A stretch of 64,000 nucleotides of DNA from Podarcis muralis (Eukaryota): positions 87,296,001 to 87,360,000 of the forward strand of contig NC_135662.1 of assembly GCF_964188315.1 (NCBI RefSeq), written 5' to 3'. Below are positions 35,150-47,900 of the stretch, one piece after another (position 1 is the stretch's first letter; the number at the start of each line of letters is the position of its first letter). The notes beneath the pieces are model-generated. The model saw only the letters and a program-made list of their open reading frames with translations. It was not told the DNA's origin and searched no databases. Made by a program: the position numbers and the translations under genes.

Positions 35150-35950
35150 TCAGCATCTCTCTCCTCCCGGATCTTCGCTCCGCCCGCCCCGCATTCTGGG
35201 GCCGGCCTCTGGCACAGCGCTCCTGCTGCTGTCGTCCTCCGCGCTCGGGGCTGCTCGCCGCCCGACCGAGCGAAGCCATGCTCGGCAAGGACTATATGCT
35301 GGCCATCATCCTGGTCAACTGCGACGGTAAGAGCAAGGGGTGGGGGAAGATGGTCGCGGCGCCCACCCAGGGGTGCTGGGGGCGCAGCCCCAAGCGGAGC
35401 CCCCTCCGGAGAGCGGGGGCCGCGGAAGAGCCAGGCGGGCGTCTCCAGGACAGAGGCGGGCGTGATCGCGCGGGTGCGCGCCTCTTCCCTTCGCCTGCGC
35501 GGCTGTTTTGGAAGGGGCGCCCGGACTCCCCCCCCCCCAGCCCCGTGCGGGGAGCATTGCCTCGTGTTCCCGCCCCGCTCACCGGCCGGCTTGGGACTTC
35601 GGGCTCTTCGGCCAAGTTCTGCTCCCGGGGAGTTGGGTGGCTCGGCTGAAGCAGCAAGGGTGCGCGCCCCCTCCCCAGGTCCCCGCTATGTACTCCAAAC
35701 CACTCGGGCTGTTTGTCGCTTGGGGAGAAAAGGAGGGAGGGGGAAACTTGCTGTCGGGGAAAGGGTTATGGCGACCCCTTGCACTTCGCCGGAGACGTCT
35801 GCAAGTGCTTTTTCTCGACGCCGTGGGGCAGAGGCTAAGCGCCGCCTGTTGTCCCGCTCTCTAGCTTTGCATTGGGGAGCTTTCCATAGTGCTGAAAGGA
35901 GAAGCCCGCTGTACCCTAGGGAAAGTCGGCTCGAGTTCTGAAATCCCCCT
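35150..35950. promoter_or_regulatory. CpG island over APBB3 exon 1
   Basis: High GC and CpG density around the APBB3 ATG at 35278. Confidence 0.75.
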
Positions 35951-38900
35951 TGAGTTCCCCAACTTCACAGGATTAGGAGTACAACACACACGCAGAGGAT
36001 AAATTGTACCATATTTCACCAGTTTCTTACAGTGTGCAGAATAGAAAGGCAAGCCTGCGATGACTGGCATCGTCAGAGGGTTCTACAGGGCCAACAACAA
36101 CCCAGTCTAAATACAGCTGTATGGAAGCACGTCCTTTCAAGTTCAGTGGAATTCATTCCCACGAGATACGCTTAGGAACTCAATCTAATAGTCCAGGGAT
36201 AACCACCTTCTGAATTTCACTCCCCGTTGCTCTCATATTGACAGGAGAGCTCTTACTTCAGGCACTCTGAACTGCAAGAAAGTCTCCAGGGAACCCTAGC
36301 AAGTTCTGCACCACAGGCATCCACTTGGCCACTGTGAGAACATGATGCCGGACTAGAAAACCCATTGTCCTGACCTAGTAGGGCCTTCTTATGTTCTTCC
36401 TTGTTTCACTCACCAACCCTGCCTACCCCCACACACACCCCAAATCCACTCATTATCTCCCTTTACCCCTCACCAAAGCCACCAATACTCTCCCTTTATG
36501 CCTTACCAAAGCCACCCCTCTCCCTCTCCTTACTCATGAAAGCCTAACTCATCATCTACTCACCCCTTATACCACATCAAACATCAGCTTGCTGACCTGG
36601 GCCCTCACCAGCCTTGGCTGGCTGGCTGGCTGCCTCCCTCCCTCCCTCCCTCCCTCCCTCCTCCTTGCCTTCCAGTGCTGCTGTCATGGCCCAGCCGCTC
36701 TGGGGCCATGAGGGAGGCTCCTTGTCAAAAAGGGGGTGGGGAGGGGAGAAATGTAGTTACGAAGTTGCCTGCATGCTTCAAGGGTAGGAAGCCATACACT
36801 TGGGTGCAATATCACTAACCAAACCTGTGCAGTCTATGCTACAGGAACTCTAATATATCAACATGGTTATTTTGATGTTTTATTTGTTTCTTACAATGAA
36901 AGTTTAAGATAAAATAAACAACAGATCCGCTTCAATTTCAATAGTTTTACATAGTGTTCTCTAAAATAAACCACCAAGATAAAGTTCATTGTGGTATACT
37001 ACACAGTAAAAATAACAGATCCAGTGCTTGCCAGCATCACAAAAAACATTTATCTAGGCATGGATCTTCATGAGTTTTGCAGAGGGTGACAAAAAAACCA
37101 ACAAATCAACAAATATATGTGGATACAGGGGTGAACTATGGTTTGATGGTGGTTTTGAGGAGTTCCCTTTTGAAAAAGGATGAGGACCCATAGGGATCTA
37201 TGCCTCTGATCTATGGTTCAGTCAATAGAAACAGATGTGATCTGTGATGTGGTGCTGCTGGTAAGCCTGTGAAAAAACCTGAAGTTTCAAGAGGATGGGT
37301 GTTCCCTGGTCTGACATGGGTGTACATGTGTGCATGTTTCTCCTGTCTCTGCCCCTCCATTCTGTCTGTCTGTCTGTCTGTGTCTCTTTCTCCAGGTCTT
37401 TCTTCCACCTGGATTCATGTGGCATCCTACTATCGCCTCACCTTCCCCTTCATTACAATGTTTTCCTTCTCTCAGTCACCCAGATCATTCTCCTTCCTCT
37501 CTGATACCCACTTTCTTTCTTACCTCTCGGTCATTTTGTTGTGAGCCTGAGCCTTAAAAAGCACACAGAGCTTTGCATTTTGCTCTTCCCACCACCTCCT
37601 CCAGCTGTATGTACTCATAATAAAAGCGGTAGTGAGCACAGAGAGGGGGCACACATAGGTCTTTCATGTGCCAGGGGAGGTCCTCATAACTGCCATTGCA
37701 TCCATAGATGCCATATTGACATTCCAAACCTGGGCAAATACAAGCATATTTGCCTGGTGCTGGCAAGACAAGAAACTTGGTGCCAGTGTACCTCTGTGTC
37801 GAGAGCATTTAATAGGCATGGCACCACCCCCTCTCCTTGGTTACCACCTGCCAATTGCCACTTAAAATGTAGCTGGGTCTGTTTGAGAAGAGCTATGTTA
37901 TTTGGAGATTCTCAAGATTCACTCTCAAAGCCAAAATTTTGCTCTGAACCCTGTAAGATTTGCAAAGAGCAGGATTTTGCTAAAGTACGGTACTTGCTAA
38001 GAAAATCACTCCCACACAATTTCCCAGCTTTTTTGAGCCCATCTGCTGCCTTTTTCCAAGAGGGGAAATGCTTCCATTTCTTTGCAAATAAAAATGAAGG
38101 AAAGTTACTACCATCCCTCATCCCAAATATTCCATCCCCAAGGCCTGAAAATTGGGAGGAACGGGCTGCGCTGAGTTGTGGACATCACTGTTCTAGCCAA
38201 ATCAATCCCATCTGTGAAAGCTGCATTTCCTTGATTAAATTCTCAGAGCTTGGCACAAGCGTAACAATTTATTGGTTTGCCAAGGTAGGGAGGAGGAAGG
38301 TTAAGATGTTATTTCCCCCCCTGTGCAACCATTTTAGTAAAGGGACAGTAGAAGAGGCAATTCTACTGTACAAAGGGTCCTTAGCAGCACAGATCTTATA
38401 AGAAGCCACCATACAAAAGCCTATCAAACAAAATACTATGGTGAGATGCACAAATTATCTAACTTCTTTTCTTCTTACTCTATTCCAGTATGAATTTGCT
38501 CAGAGCTGAAGTGATAGGGAGGATATGTTTAACCCTTTCCCCACTGACCATTTGGCAATTAGTGTGGCCAGATGTAAAAGCAGACAGTGTTCTTTAATAG
38601 TTGTGTAGAAGTGGGAGTTTTAGAAGGTGCAGCATATGTGACAAGCTATGCCTGCTCCAAGTCCCATTTCTGCATAACTATCCAAGGTGTAGGTGTTCTG
38701 TCCTCTTTCACATCTCATAACTCAGTCAACACACTTTGATTATGAAGGGGCCTTGCGGTGAATGCTGTGGTTTAATGAAAGCTGTTATTAGAAGCTCTAA
38801 GTCTGGGTAGTGTTGAGTGTTCCTAGTTGCTGTCATATCCTAATAGTTGGAGTGCACACAGAATTAGGGACTATTTCTTTCGTGTAATTTTGGGCAAGTC

Positions 38901-41900
38901 AACACACAGCCTGGTGTGTAGGCCTATGCACATAGAGGGCTATGGGAAAGAACCTGTAAATCTCTCCCCTACCCTGCCAATCTACATCATCTTTCTTATT
39001 AACTTGCTGTTTAGTATGAATAGCCTCTCCATTCCAGTTCCCAAACCCCACAACAGAGAAAATTAAGCCTACGGCTACCTCACTGATGTTTGTTTATTGT
39101 TTTGCTTCTTAAAGAATAATGCTGCCTTGAAAAACGTGTATTATTCTTCAGTGATCTCTCCTTTTTATTCTTGCTGATCTTCAGATTGCACCATTACTGA
39201 CCAACTGCTTCTCTACAGAGGGCAAGTTAGTGGTGGACTTGGTTAGATGCTAATCCTTTGTTATGTCCTTGCATTTGGAAGTCAGCAGCTGACAGTTTCT
39301 TTGCCAAATCTGACTCACTTGTGATGCTAGATGATGAAAGTGGGAAAAGGATGGAGTGCCATTTGTGGCATATGGATACAAATAGGCCGAGTTGGACAGT
39401 GGAGGGTTGGGGCTTCATTCCCACCGCATTCCTTTATGCAGGTGGTCTTACAGCAAAATTAGCTGTTGGACTAACTCCCATTCCAGGTTGGTGAACAGAG
39501 AAACTTGCCTCCCACACTCCATTTCTCTTTGCAAAATATGGATATCACCAATTTTTCCAAAGTGGGTACTTCTGAAAACAAGAGCAGATGGCAGAGGTAA
39601 ATGATTAAAACTAGAACTCAGCTTTGGTTGAATTAAGATGTCAGCTCACTGCCTGAGCTATGCTGAGTATGAATTTCAGGGCAGGGCACTATTTGGAGGA
39701 AATGGAAAATTGGAGCATTCTTTTTCAGGAAAACTTGCCAGATCCACTATCAATTTCTAGGATTTTCAGAAAAACTTTTAGAGACACAGTCTGTTATAGA
39801 AAAAATACAATCCTGAAAGACCAACAATTTTGCTATGGTTTGGATTTAAGTCTGCTTCCCCAGGTGAGAATACACATAAGACCTGTTTGTGTGTTCACCT
39901 GAACACTTGTAGCCTCAAAGTGGGTATGGGCAGAGATGAGCATGCTTAAGCCCCATTCTAACAGCCCCTGGGCACACAGGCTTCCTTTTAGATATCTGCA
40001 CAGGGCTTCTAAGTGCATTCATGGGAACATGCTTCAAATCCTCATTGTGAAGAAAAACCCTGATAAGACAGGGATCCTGACAGTGATAAGGTCTCTAAGC
40101 ACATTCAACCGAATGCAAGTGGCTGGGACTTTCATGTGCAGCCCTTCTTGTCCCCACTTTGAGCCTGCACAAGTTCAGGAAATTGCCTGAATGGGGGCAT
40201 CATTAAGGTGAAGTCAACAAGCTTTTATTTTCATTTTCAACTAGTGAATTGGGAGCCAGTTTGATGAATCCAGTGGCAGTCAGGAGAATTTGTCTATTGA
40301 CTCTAACAGTTAAGTTCTTGCTGTGCTTGTGCATACTGATTAGTCACTAGGCATGTCTGCATTTTGCTCTGGCTACCCTTTCCAGAATGGTGTGAACAGT
40401 CAGCCACATTCAGTCCAGCCAGAGGCACCCAAATCAACTGCTACTTGGAGGCTGTTTTATCTTATTCCCCATAGCAACAGCCTCAGCGTATCAGTCTGCT
40501 CACATCTAGCATCTTGCCACAAAGTTTGGCACAGAAATAGCTTTGTGTGGCAGTTAGAAAATAGCCCAGCCTGCAAGGTGCGATGCTGCGTGTAAACGGC
40601 TTGCTACCTGAAGAAGGCTGCTCTGGAGAATAATTTCAGATAGTCTGTGCGTCATGGCTGTCCATCAGCGCAGCCTTTGCTGGTGCAGGTCAGGCTCTTG
40701 GGTGCTGTTTCCTGGGAGACAACTGGCAGTCAGGAAATGTGTGAATGTCAGAAAGCAGTTTGGTTGGTGCTTCTCTGCTCTGATCTCTGCAGGCGGGAAG
40801 TGTCAACCTCTGTGCTGCTACTTCTGGCAGCTGGTTGAGCCACTCTAAAGGATGGCGAGACCTGATTAAATAGAATGCAGCTTGGCAGGCAAGAGACAGC
40901 AGGGCCTGCAGTATGTAATTGAATGGCAAGTGATGGATTATTCACCTTCTGTCCCCTCCATACTGGGAGAATCAACAGGATAATAAAGCAGAAGGGGCAC
41001 ACTGACCTTTGGGTATTTTTAGCTGTGTGCGCTGGGGCAGATACAGTTACGGTCATAGCTCTGCTCCTGGAAGTCCTGCAGGGAAACAGCAGGTTTCATA
41101 TTCTGGTGCCTGTACATTCATTCTCCAGGAAAGTAGAGAGTGGGGGAAACTGGGCTCCATCTCCTCATTAAAACCGTGCTTTTTAGGATTTCCAGAAATT
41201 TTGCATACTGCTTCTGATACTGAAGATTGTGCATAGCTATCATGATTAGTAGCCACTGATAGCTTTATCCTGCATGCATTTGTCAGATCCCTTTAAAAAG
41301 CTGTCCAAGTTGGTGGCCATCACCACTGTTTCTGGGAACAAATTCCATAGTTTTACTATGTCCTCTGCTTCTGGTATCTGTGTGATGGCCGTGGGGGTTG
41401 TGGCTATTGATTTCACATCTTTACAGTGTTGAGTCTTCTGCTCAATGCTGAACACCCCACTGTGTAATGTTACTACATCCTTGACTTTTGTTAACTCTTT
41501 ATTAACCAGCTAGGGAGAAGAAGGCTTTAAGTTTAACCCTTGCAAATATAGTAGTAAATACTGACTGAAATTTTCCACTGGACTGCCCAGCAAGGACTGG
41601 ACAAGGGGCTCAGAAATATTCTGTGGTTTGTAAGAATAGATGGAAACATGTAAATGTATATCCTTCATGCACCTGTCCTCTGTTGTTATTCCACATTAGA
41701 TTTTTCAGCTGGAATATTCAGAAATGATGTGTCTTAAAATAAAGAGAGAGTGGCATTTTGATGTATCCCTTTTCTACCTTTCTGTAGAAGCTGTTGTCAC
41801 CATCCTTTGAAATGACACTTGCCCTTTTCCTCATCTGAAGTCTTTTCTCTCTTTAGACAACCTATGGAACGACCAGAATCTGGAGGCAGATCTTGATCTT

Positions 41901-44900
41901 CCCCCAGGATGGAGGAAAATCCACGACTCCTCTGGGACCTACTACTGGCATGTGCCCACGGGCACCACCCAGTGGCAACACCCATCTTGCCCCTCTGGTT
42001 TAGCGCACACTGGGGAAGCGGCATTGCCAGAAACGGTATCAGGATTCCAAAGCCTTTTTGTGTATGATTGACAGGACCCATGTGAAAAGTAATGCCAGCA
42101 GCCCAACCCTTGCTCTCTCTAGGGCTGCTGTTTTTCTTTACATATACCCATAAATGCACTCGCCTGTGTCTTGTGGTGACACATATACAGAGCCTTGTGT
42201 GGTAAAATTTAACAGAGTAGTAACTGTGGACTGTCAGTCCCACCTGGCACCATTTGTAGGTTTGCATGCTTCTGCATGATCTTCTTGTTCTTACTGGGCA
42301 ACAGGGACTTCTGGCTTTCAAAGCTGACCCCAAAGACTGATAACATCCAGAGGGCATAAACTGGTGGGGGTCAACTGAGTCACTTGACTGGGTGAACAGC
42401 TGTGGAGAGAGGGAGATTACAGCTGCATTTTCCGTGGCGCTTCTGCTGTAAAATGCAATGTCTTAAAAAGCCTAAATTCGTTTACTTGGATTGATTTCAG
42501 TGGGTCTTCCAGGTATGTTTAGGACTGTTGTATTAGTCAGCAGAAGCTATCCAGTAAGGTACTGTGAATGCCTAGGGTAAAATAGATGTAATCAATGCTA
42601 AAATCTATTGATTTGCCATAATGATCTTTTTTTATTCGTGCAGTAAAGTAACATTGTCTATTGGGGTACCAAACTGCTTTCCATTAGGACTTGGCTCAAT
42701 GCATCTGTTTTGAAAATCATGATAGAATTTACTTTTTTAGAAGAAAACAAATGGAGAGTACAACAAAATATGTCCTCAGCTCCTTTCAGAAGTTCTCTTC
42801 TTCACAGCTCCAGCCAGCCCAAAACAGAAGTCCTTGTAGTGCTGCTTGGGGCTTGCAGATGACATGTTTCCCCCCCCCCCCCCACCTTTCTGAAATGTTC
42901 CTGTGCTGTCTAAATAGTGCTAAAGGACTCAGTACTTCATTAGAAGTGTGGGGATAAGAGCTTTTTAATATCAAGGTATACATCCCGCCAGAGTACTATA
43001 GTGGCTTTAGCTGGCCAATTGCCTCTCCCCCTCCTCCCGGGATTTTACTTTCTTTTTTATATAAAAAAATCATCACAAATGTTTCATGGCTCAACTGCTT
43101 GCAACCGTAGACTGAATTTCTACATACACACTTTAGCTGCTTGGCTGAGCCTCAATGTTAATAAAACAACAACGGTGCCACATTCTCTTCACTTTCACAA
43201 CCTTCTTTTCTGTCCTCATTCAGGATCTTCAGGTTACAACAGTAAGACGTCTGCCAAGGGAGAGACCTATCCCAAGTCCGATGGCATCGCTGCCCAGAAG
43301 GTAGGGTTGTCTCCTGGGGGCAGGGGCACTTCATCCAAACACTAGGGCACATCGAGTCTGAGTAAAAGTGAAAGAGGGCTCTAGGGCCTGTTCATGGTCT
43401 CTTCTGGTGACCTCACAGGTAACCCAGCTCTGTGCAGATGCAGAAGCAAGCAGGTTTGTTTCCATCCCACAAGTCTTTGGTCTAACTTTTGTGTCATAAA
43501 GAAATACTGATCCTCTGCTCCAATCTCCATCCTACTCAGATGGCTCCACCAAAATGGGAAAGGACTGGGATTGCAAAGTACAGGCTGGAGGTGCCTAGTC
43601 CCTGCAAATCACATCAATAGGGTTAGAGCTGACAAGCCCTTTGGTTAGGACCAATGGAGGCTGATACCATTGAATTAAACTTAATGTAAGTGAATTAAAC
43701 TTAATGATGTGTTGGAGAGTTGAGAGAACGATGAGATCCACAGCTGCCACTCTGGGGATGAACAGACGCTTGCTAGAGTTATGCCATGACTGAGAACCTC
43801 CATGTCACTGCTATGCTTGTCTACCTGTTACAGGACATCAGTGAGCTGGCATGGGGAGGAGCATCACCAGGGCAACCCAGAGCTTGGCTCCAAGGTACAG
43901 TCAGGTGAGGTGGGGGACACAGGGGGTACATAGCTCAGAAACCTGGCTGATTGAGGAAGCCCCTTCCTTTGAGGCAAGGGGTCCAGATTCAGCATAGGTA
44001 AGGCCCTTCCTTGGAGGCTGCTGCAGAAAATTTACCCCTCTGTGAGCTTTGTTAGTTTGTTTATTAAATTTGTATACTGCCCTATACCCATATATCTTAG
44101 GGCAGTTCACAATATATCAGACTCTTCATTGGAACCTGAGAGTCTCTCTCTTATTTTGGAGAAGCTGGCATGTGTCACCTTCTGGTACTGCTCTGAAAAT
44201 CATAGCAACTGCTTTGAATATTCCCTTGGCATTTTACAGTGCATTCCCAGTATCACTCAATATGTTTTAACTACCCTTTCATTCATGTGAAAGATTGGCT
44301 AGATGGTATAAATGAGTAATCTAGGCATGTTGAGTGGTCTTATCCATGTCCTTTGTGATGTTCCCTCAACTATCCTTGAACCCTGTGGCCCCTTTCCTTG
44401 ATAAAATAGTTTATCAAGTAACTGAACTATTTTTAACTGGGTAACCTATGTGTTTTTTTAAAAACTGAATGATACCTCTCTTAAAATTATTTTTAAAAAT
44501 TACAAGCTCCTTCCCCAGAACTTAAACACAGCCCAAGTATTTTGGAATCTATTGTTTTACTGTAGTAGGATAAGTTGTAATTTTAATTGTGAACTGCCTT
44601 GTGTGCTGTGCTTGGTGAAGACAGATGACTAACTGTGCCACACATCCCTGTTGTCAGATTACTATAAACATGTATGAAGTACCCTGCCTCTGAAGAATAA
44701 GTTATTCAATCCAGAGTTACCTAATACCTAATCAGAATTAAACAGCTCTTAAATCACACAGCGCTGCAAGTCCAATTTATAACAAAATAGTAATTAAAGA
44801 ACGCTTTAGAAAGGGGGAGAGGGAAGGACTTTCTAAAAGCAAATTTTCAGGATTCGGAACTTCTAGCACTTCCAGTCAGATATTATCTGCAGAAGAACTT

Positions 44901-47900
44901 GTCTCTGATGTGGGCAGGAGATAATGGCCTTTCCCACCCATACCCTTTTAGGTAGGTTTATCCTTGACAGCATCTCCCTGCGGCATCACCTGTGATTTCT
45001 TTCATTTTGAGAGTTCACATACAATTACACAGATCTGGTTTGCTGTTTCCTTCTCTCACCTGAAGGCGTGCCATCCAACTTTTTTGGAGCCAAAGCCAGG
45101 ATTCGCGTCTTCTGGGATGCGCTCCTGGGTGCTGCATGGCCCCAAAAAAGTGATTTTTGTTCAGGGCAAGAGCACAGCGCAAGAGTGCAGCATCCAAAAT
45201 GGTCACCATGATCTCCCGTAAAGAAACAGGATGTCCTGGGGCACTTGGGAAGTATGGAAATGAGGGGAAGTGTTTTTCCTAGATGGGTAAATAATTAGAG
45301 ATTTGGAGTAAGGCAATTAAAGACTAGTTCACTGACACACCAGTCTGAGCTATGAATCCTTAACAAGCTACAATTTGATGAGGGAAAAGAAGCTAGGAAA
45401 GCCTCACTTTCTATACCTCTAGTCTTTCTCCATGCAGCACAAGGAGTGGGTGCAAACCTCAGAGGCCCAGGGGCTGAGTGTGACCCTCCAGGCCTCTTCC
45501 CCCAGACCCTCACTGGCCCTGCACCCTTCTTGAATGTTTCTGCCTGCCTGGGATGTGTCATTGAACACTGATAATGCTTACTGATTGTCTAGGTGGAGGG
45601 CAGAGAGGGGCGTGAGTAGGAACTCATCTATTGTGCAAAGGTGAAAACCACATTTCTTAGAATAATAGAATTGTAGAGTTGGAAGGGACCCCAAGGGTCA
45701 TCTAGTCCAGTCCCTCTTGCTCCACCCACTTTTGCCTCTGGCATGTGAGCCATGCCCCCCTCCAAAAGATTGCAGCCCTCAGGCTGAAAAAAGTTCCCCA
45801 TCCCTAATCTGGTGGGACATCCTACGAATAAGGACAGGCACGAGGACTCCTTTGTGACATACAATGTGGTAAAGAAGGGCACAATGAATTTGGCAGTGAT
45901 GGTATCAGTTGATGCTCTCCAGAAGTGTTCATGATGGCTAGATTTGAGGTACAGTCAGGGAGGGAGGGGCTGCTCCAGTTCACATGAGCTGAAAAGTTCA
46001 CAAAAAGCTGCCAATGGCCTGGGCTGCATAGCCAATGGTGAGCTAGGAAGGCTGGCGACACGCCTTATGGTGACCCCTCCGCCCCTCTCTTGCCAGTGCT
46101 TCGTTGTGCGTTCGTTGGGCTGGGTAGAAATCCCTGAGGAGGACTTGGCCCCTGGTAAAAGCAGCATTGCCGTGAATAACTGCATCCAGCAGCTCTCCCA
46201 GAACAAGTGTGACGACTGGGACCCTGCGGACAGGTGGGGCGAGGTGAGTACAGGAGGCCCAGGGAGAGATCTACTCAAATGTGTTCTCCCACGTAGACTT
46301 CCAGCAGCCCTTGTGCTGAATGCAGCCATAGGGGGCAACTCCGATGTGGACGGGCATTGCCAATCCAATGGTGTGCTGGTACCATATCTTGTGATCAATT
46401 ATGTGAGATGGGGTGTACCTGCCCCCACTGGCAGAGGAAGGGGGTGTGGTAGGTGCGGTCCGCCCCGGGTGTCATCCATGGGGGGGGTTGACATCACTGC
46501 CCCGCCCCCTGGGACGCCTGCCCTGCTCCTGCGGCTAGCTCCGCCCCCAGGTGCACAGCATGTGTGCCACTCTGGGCACTGAAGCAACTAGCTCCACCTC
46601 TTTCTGCCCCCTCCATATTTTATTCAAGTTGTCACCCTTCAATGGAGCAATTGATTTCCTGGGTCTAGGCACTGCTTTGCATCCTTTCCACCTTTGGTAG
46701 GGACCTAGGCATGAGCTGCTGGGTGTCCCCATTCCTCTTCCTTGTACATATTTGCCAAAAATGCACCCATTCAGTCCATGGCATTACATACAGGTGTTCT
46801 TATGCACTGCTGGGTGGATAAACATGCCAGCCCCTGTTTTCCCTAGGAAAGGGACATCATTATCGCTCTAGTTGCAAGAGGCAAGTGGAAGTTTTTTCAT
46901 ACCCCTGCATTGTATCTCAGTCACAGTCCTCTAGTCTTCCCTTTACAGGGCCAAAACATGGTGATGATCCTGAAGAAGGACACAATGAGTTTAGTGGATC
47001 CTTTGGACCAGAGCCTCATCCACTCCCAACCCATCATCAACATCCGTGTCTGGGGTGTCGGATGCAACAATGGCAGGTGAGGGAACCTTTGCTCTGGGGG
47101 TGGAGAGGAGAGGGCATTTTCTGCTGCTGGAAATTAATATGAAGGACGACTCCTCAGTCTTTTAGCATTGCACCAAACTGAGCCACAGGCCCCGTAGGAG
47201 GGAGAATCTGGAAATGGTGGTCTCTCTCTCTCTCTGTGTGTCCATCTTGCTGTCCTCGCCTTGCCACGAGGTCCTTCTGCTCACTACAAAGAAACCTTTG
47301 CTCCTCTTGCCAGAAACTATTACAGCTGATAGTACACAGACCATTAAGAGGGTTGCTTCTTGAGGGATTCTGCATTAACCAGTTTTTTTCTCTCTTTCCC
47401 TACATGCTGTGCTTGACCCAAGGGACAGGTAAGGCCCCTTCTTCCTTCTGCAGCAAGGACCAGTGCCTGGAGCCCTGCCCTTGCTTACTGGGCTCTCCTC
47501 TCCTTGCAGGGATTTTGCTTTCGTGGCCAGTGACAAGGACACGTGTATGCTGAAGTGCCACGTCTTCCACTGCAATGTGCCTGCCAAGGCCATTGCCAAG
47601 GCCCTGCATGAAATGTGCTCCAAGGTATCCCTGCTGATTCTGGCATGGTTCTTTCCCTACATACACACATGCACACACGAGGAAGGAAGAGTGTCCCAAC
47701 CCCTGAAGTGCAGCACCAGTCCCCTGCACCAGGCTGCTCTCATTTTGCAAGGAGGTGGCAGGTGGAATTTCATCCTGGTTGGCTGGGGGCTGGAAGAAAT
47801 TCCTCTGAACCATGCATTCATTGGACCTCTGTATTAAATGAATCTTGTCAGATTTCTAGGAGTCTAGCAGTCCTTGTTGGTGGAGGGGCACAGCTATAAG

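Noticed and set aside
34817-35941. Long overlapping ORFs (374 and 268 aa) over the APBB3 5' end
   Set aside because: Stop-poor GC-rich CpG-island sequence; only 35278-35326 matches APBB3.
37541-38401. 286-aa ORF in APBB3 intron 1
   Set aside because: Non-ATG start, random-looking composition, and no motif or splice structure that I can support. A BLAST/PhyloCSF check would settle it.
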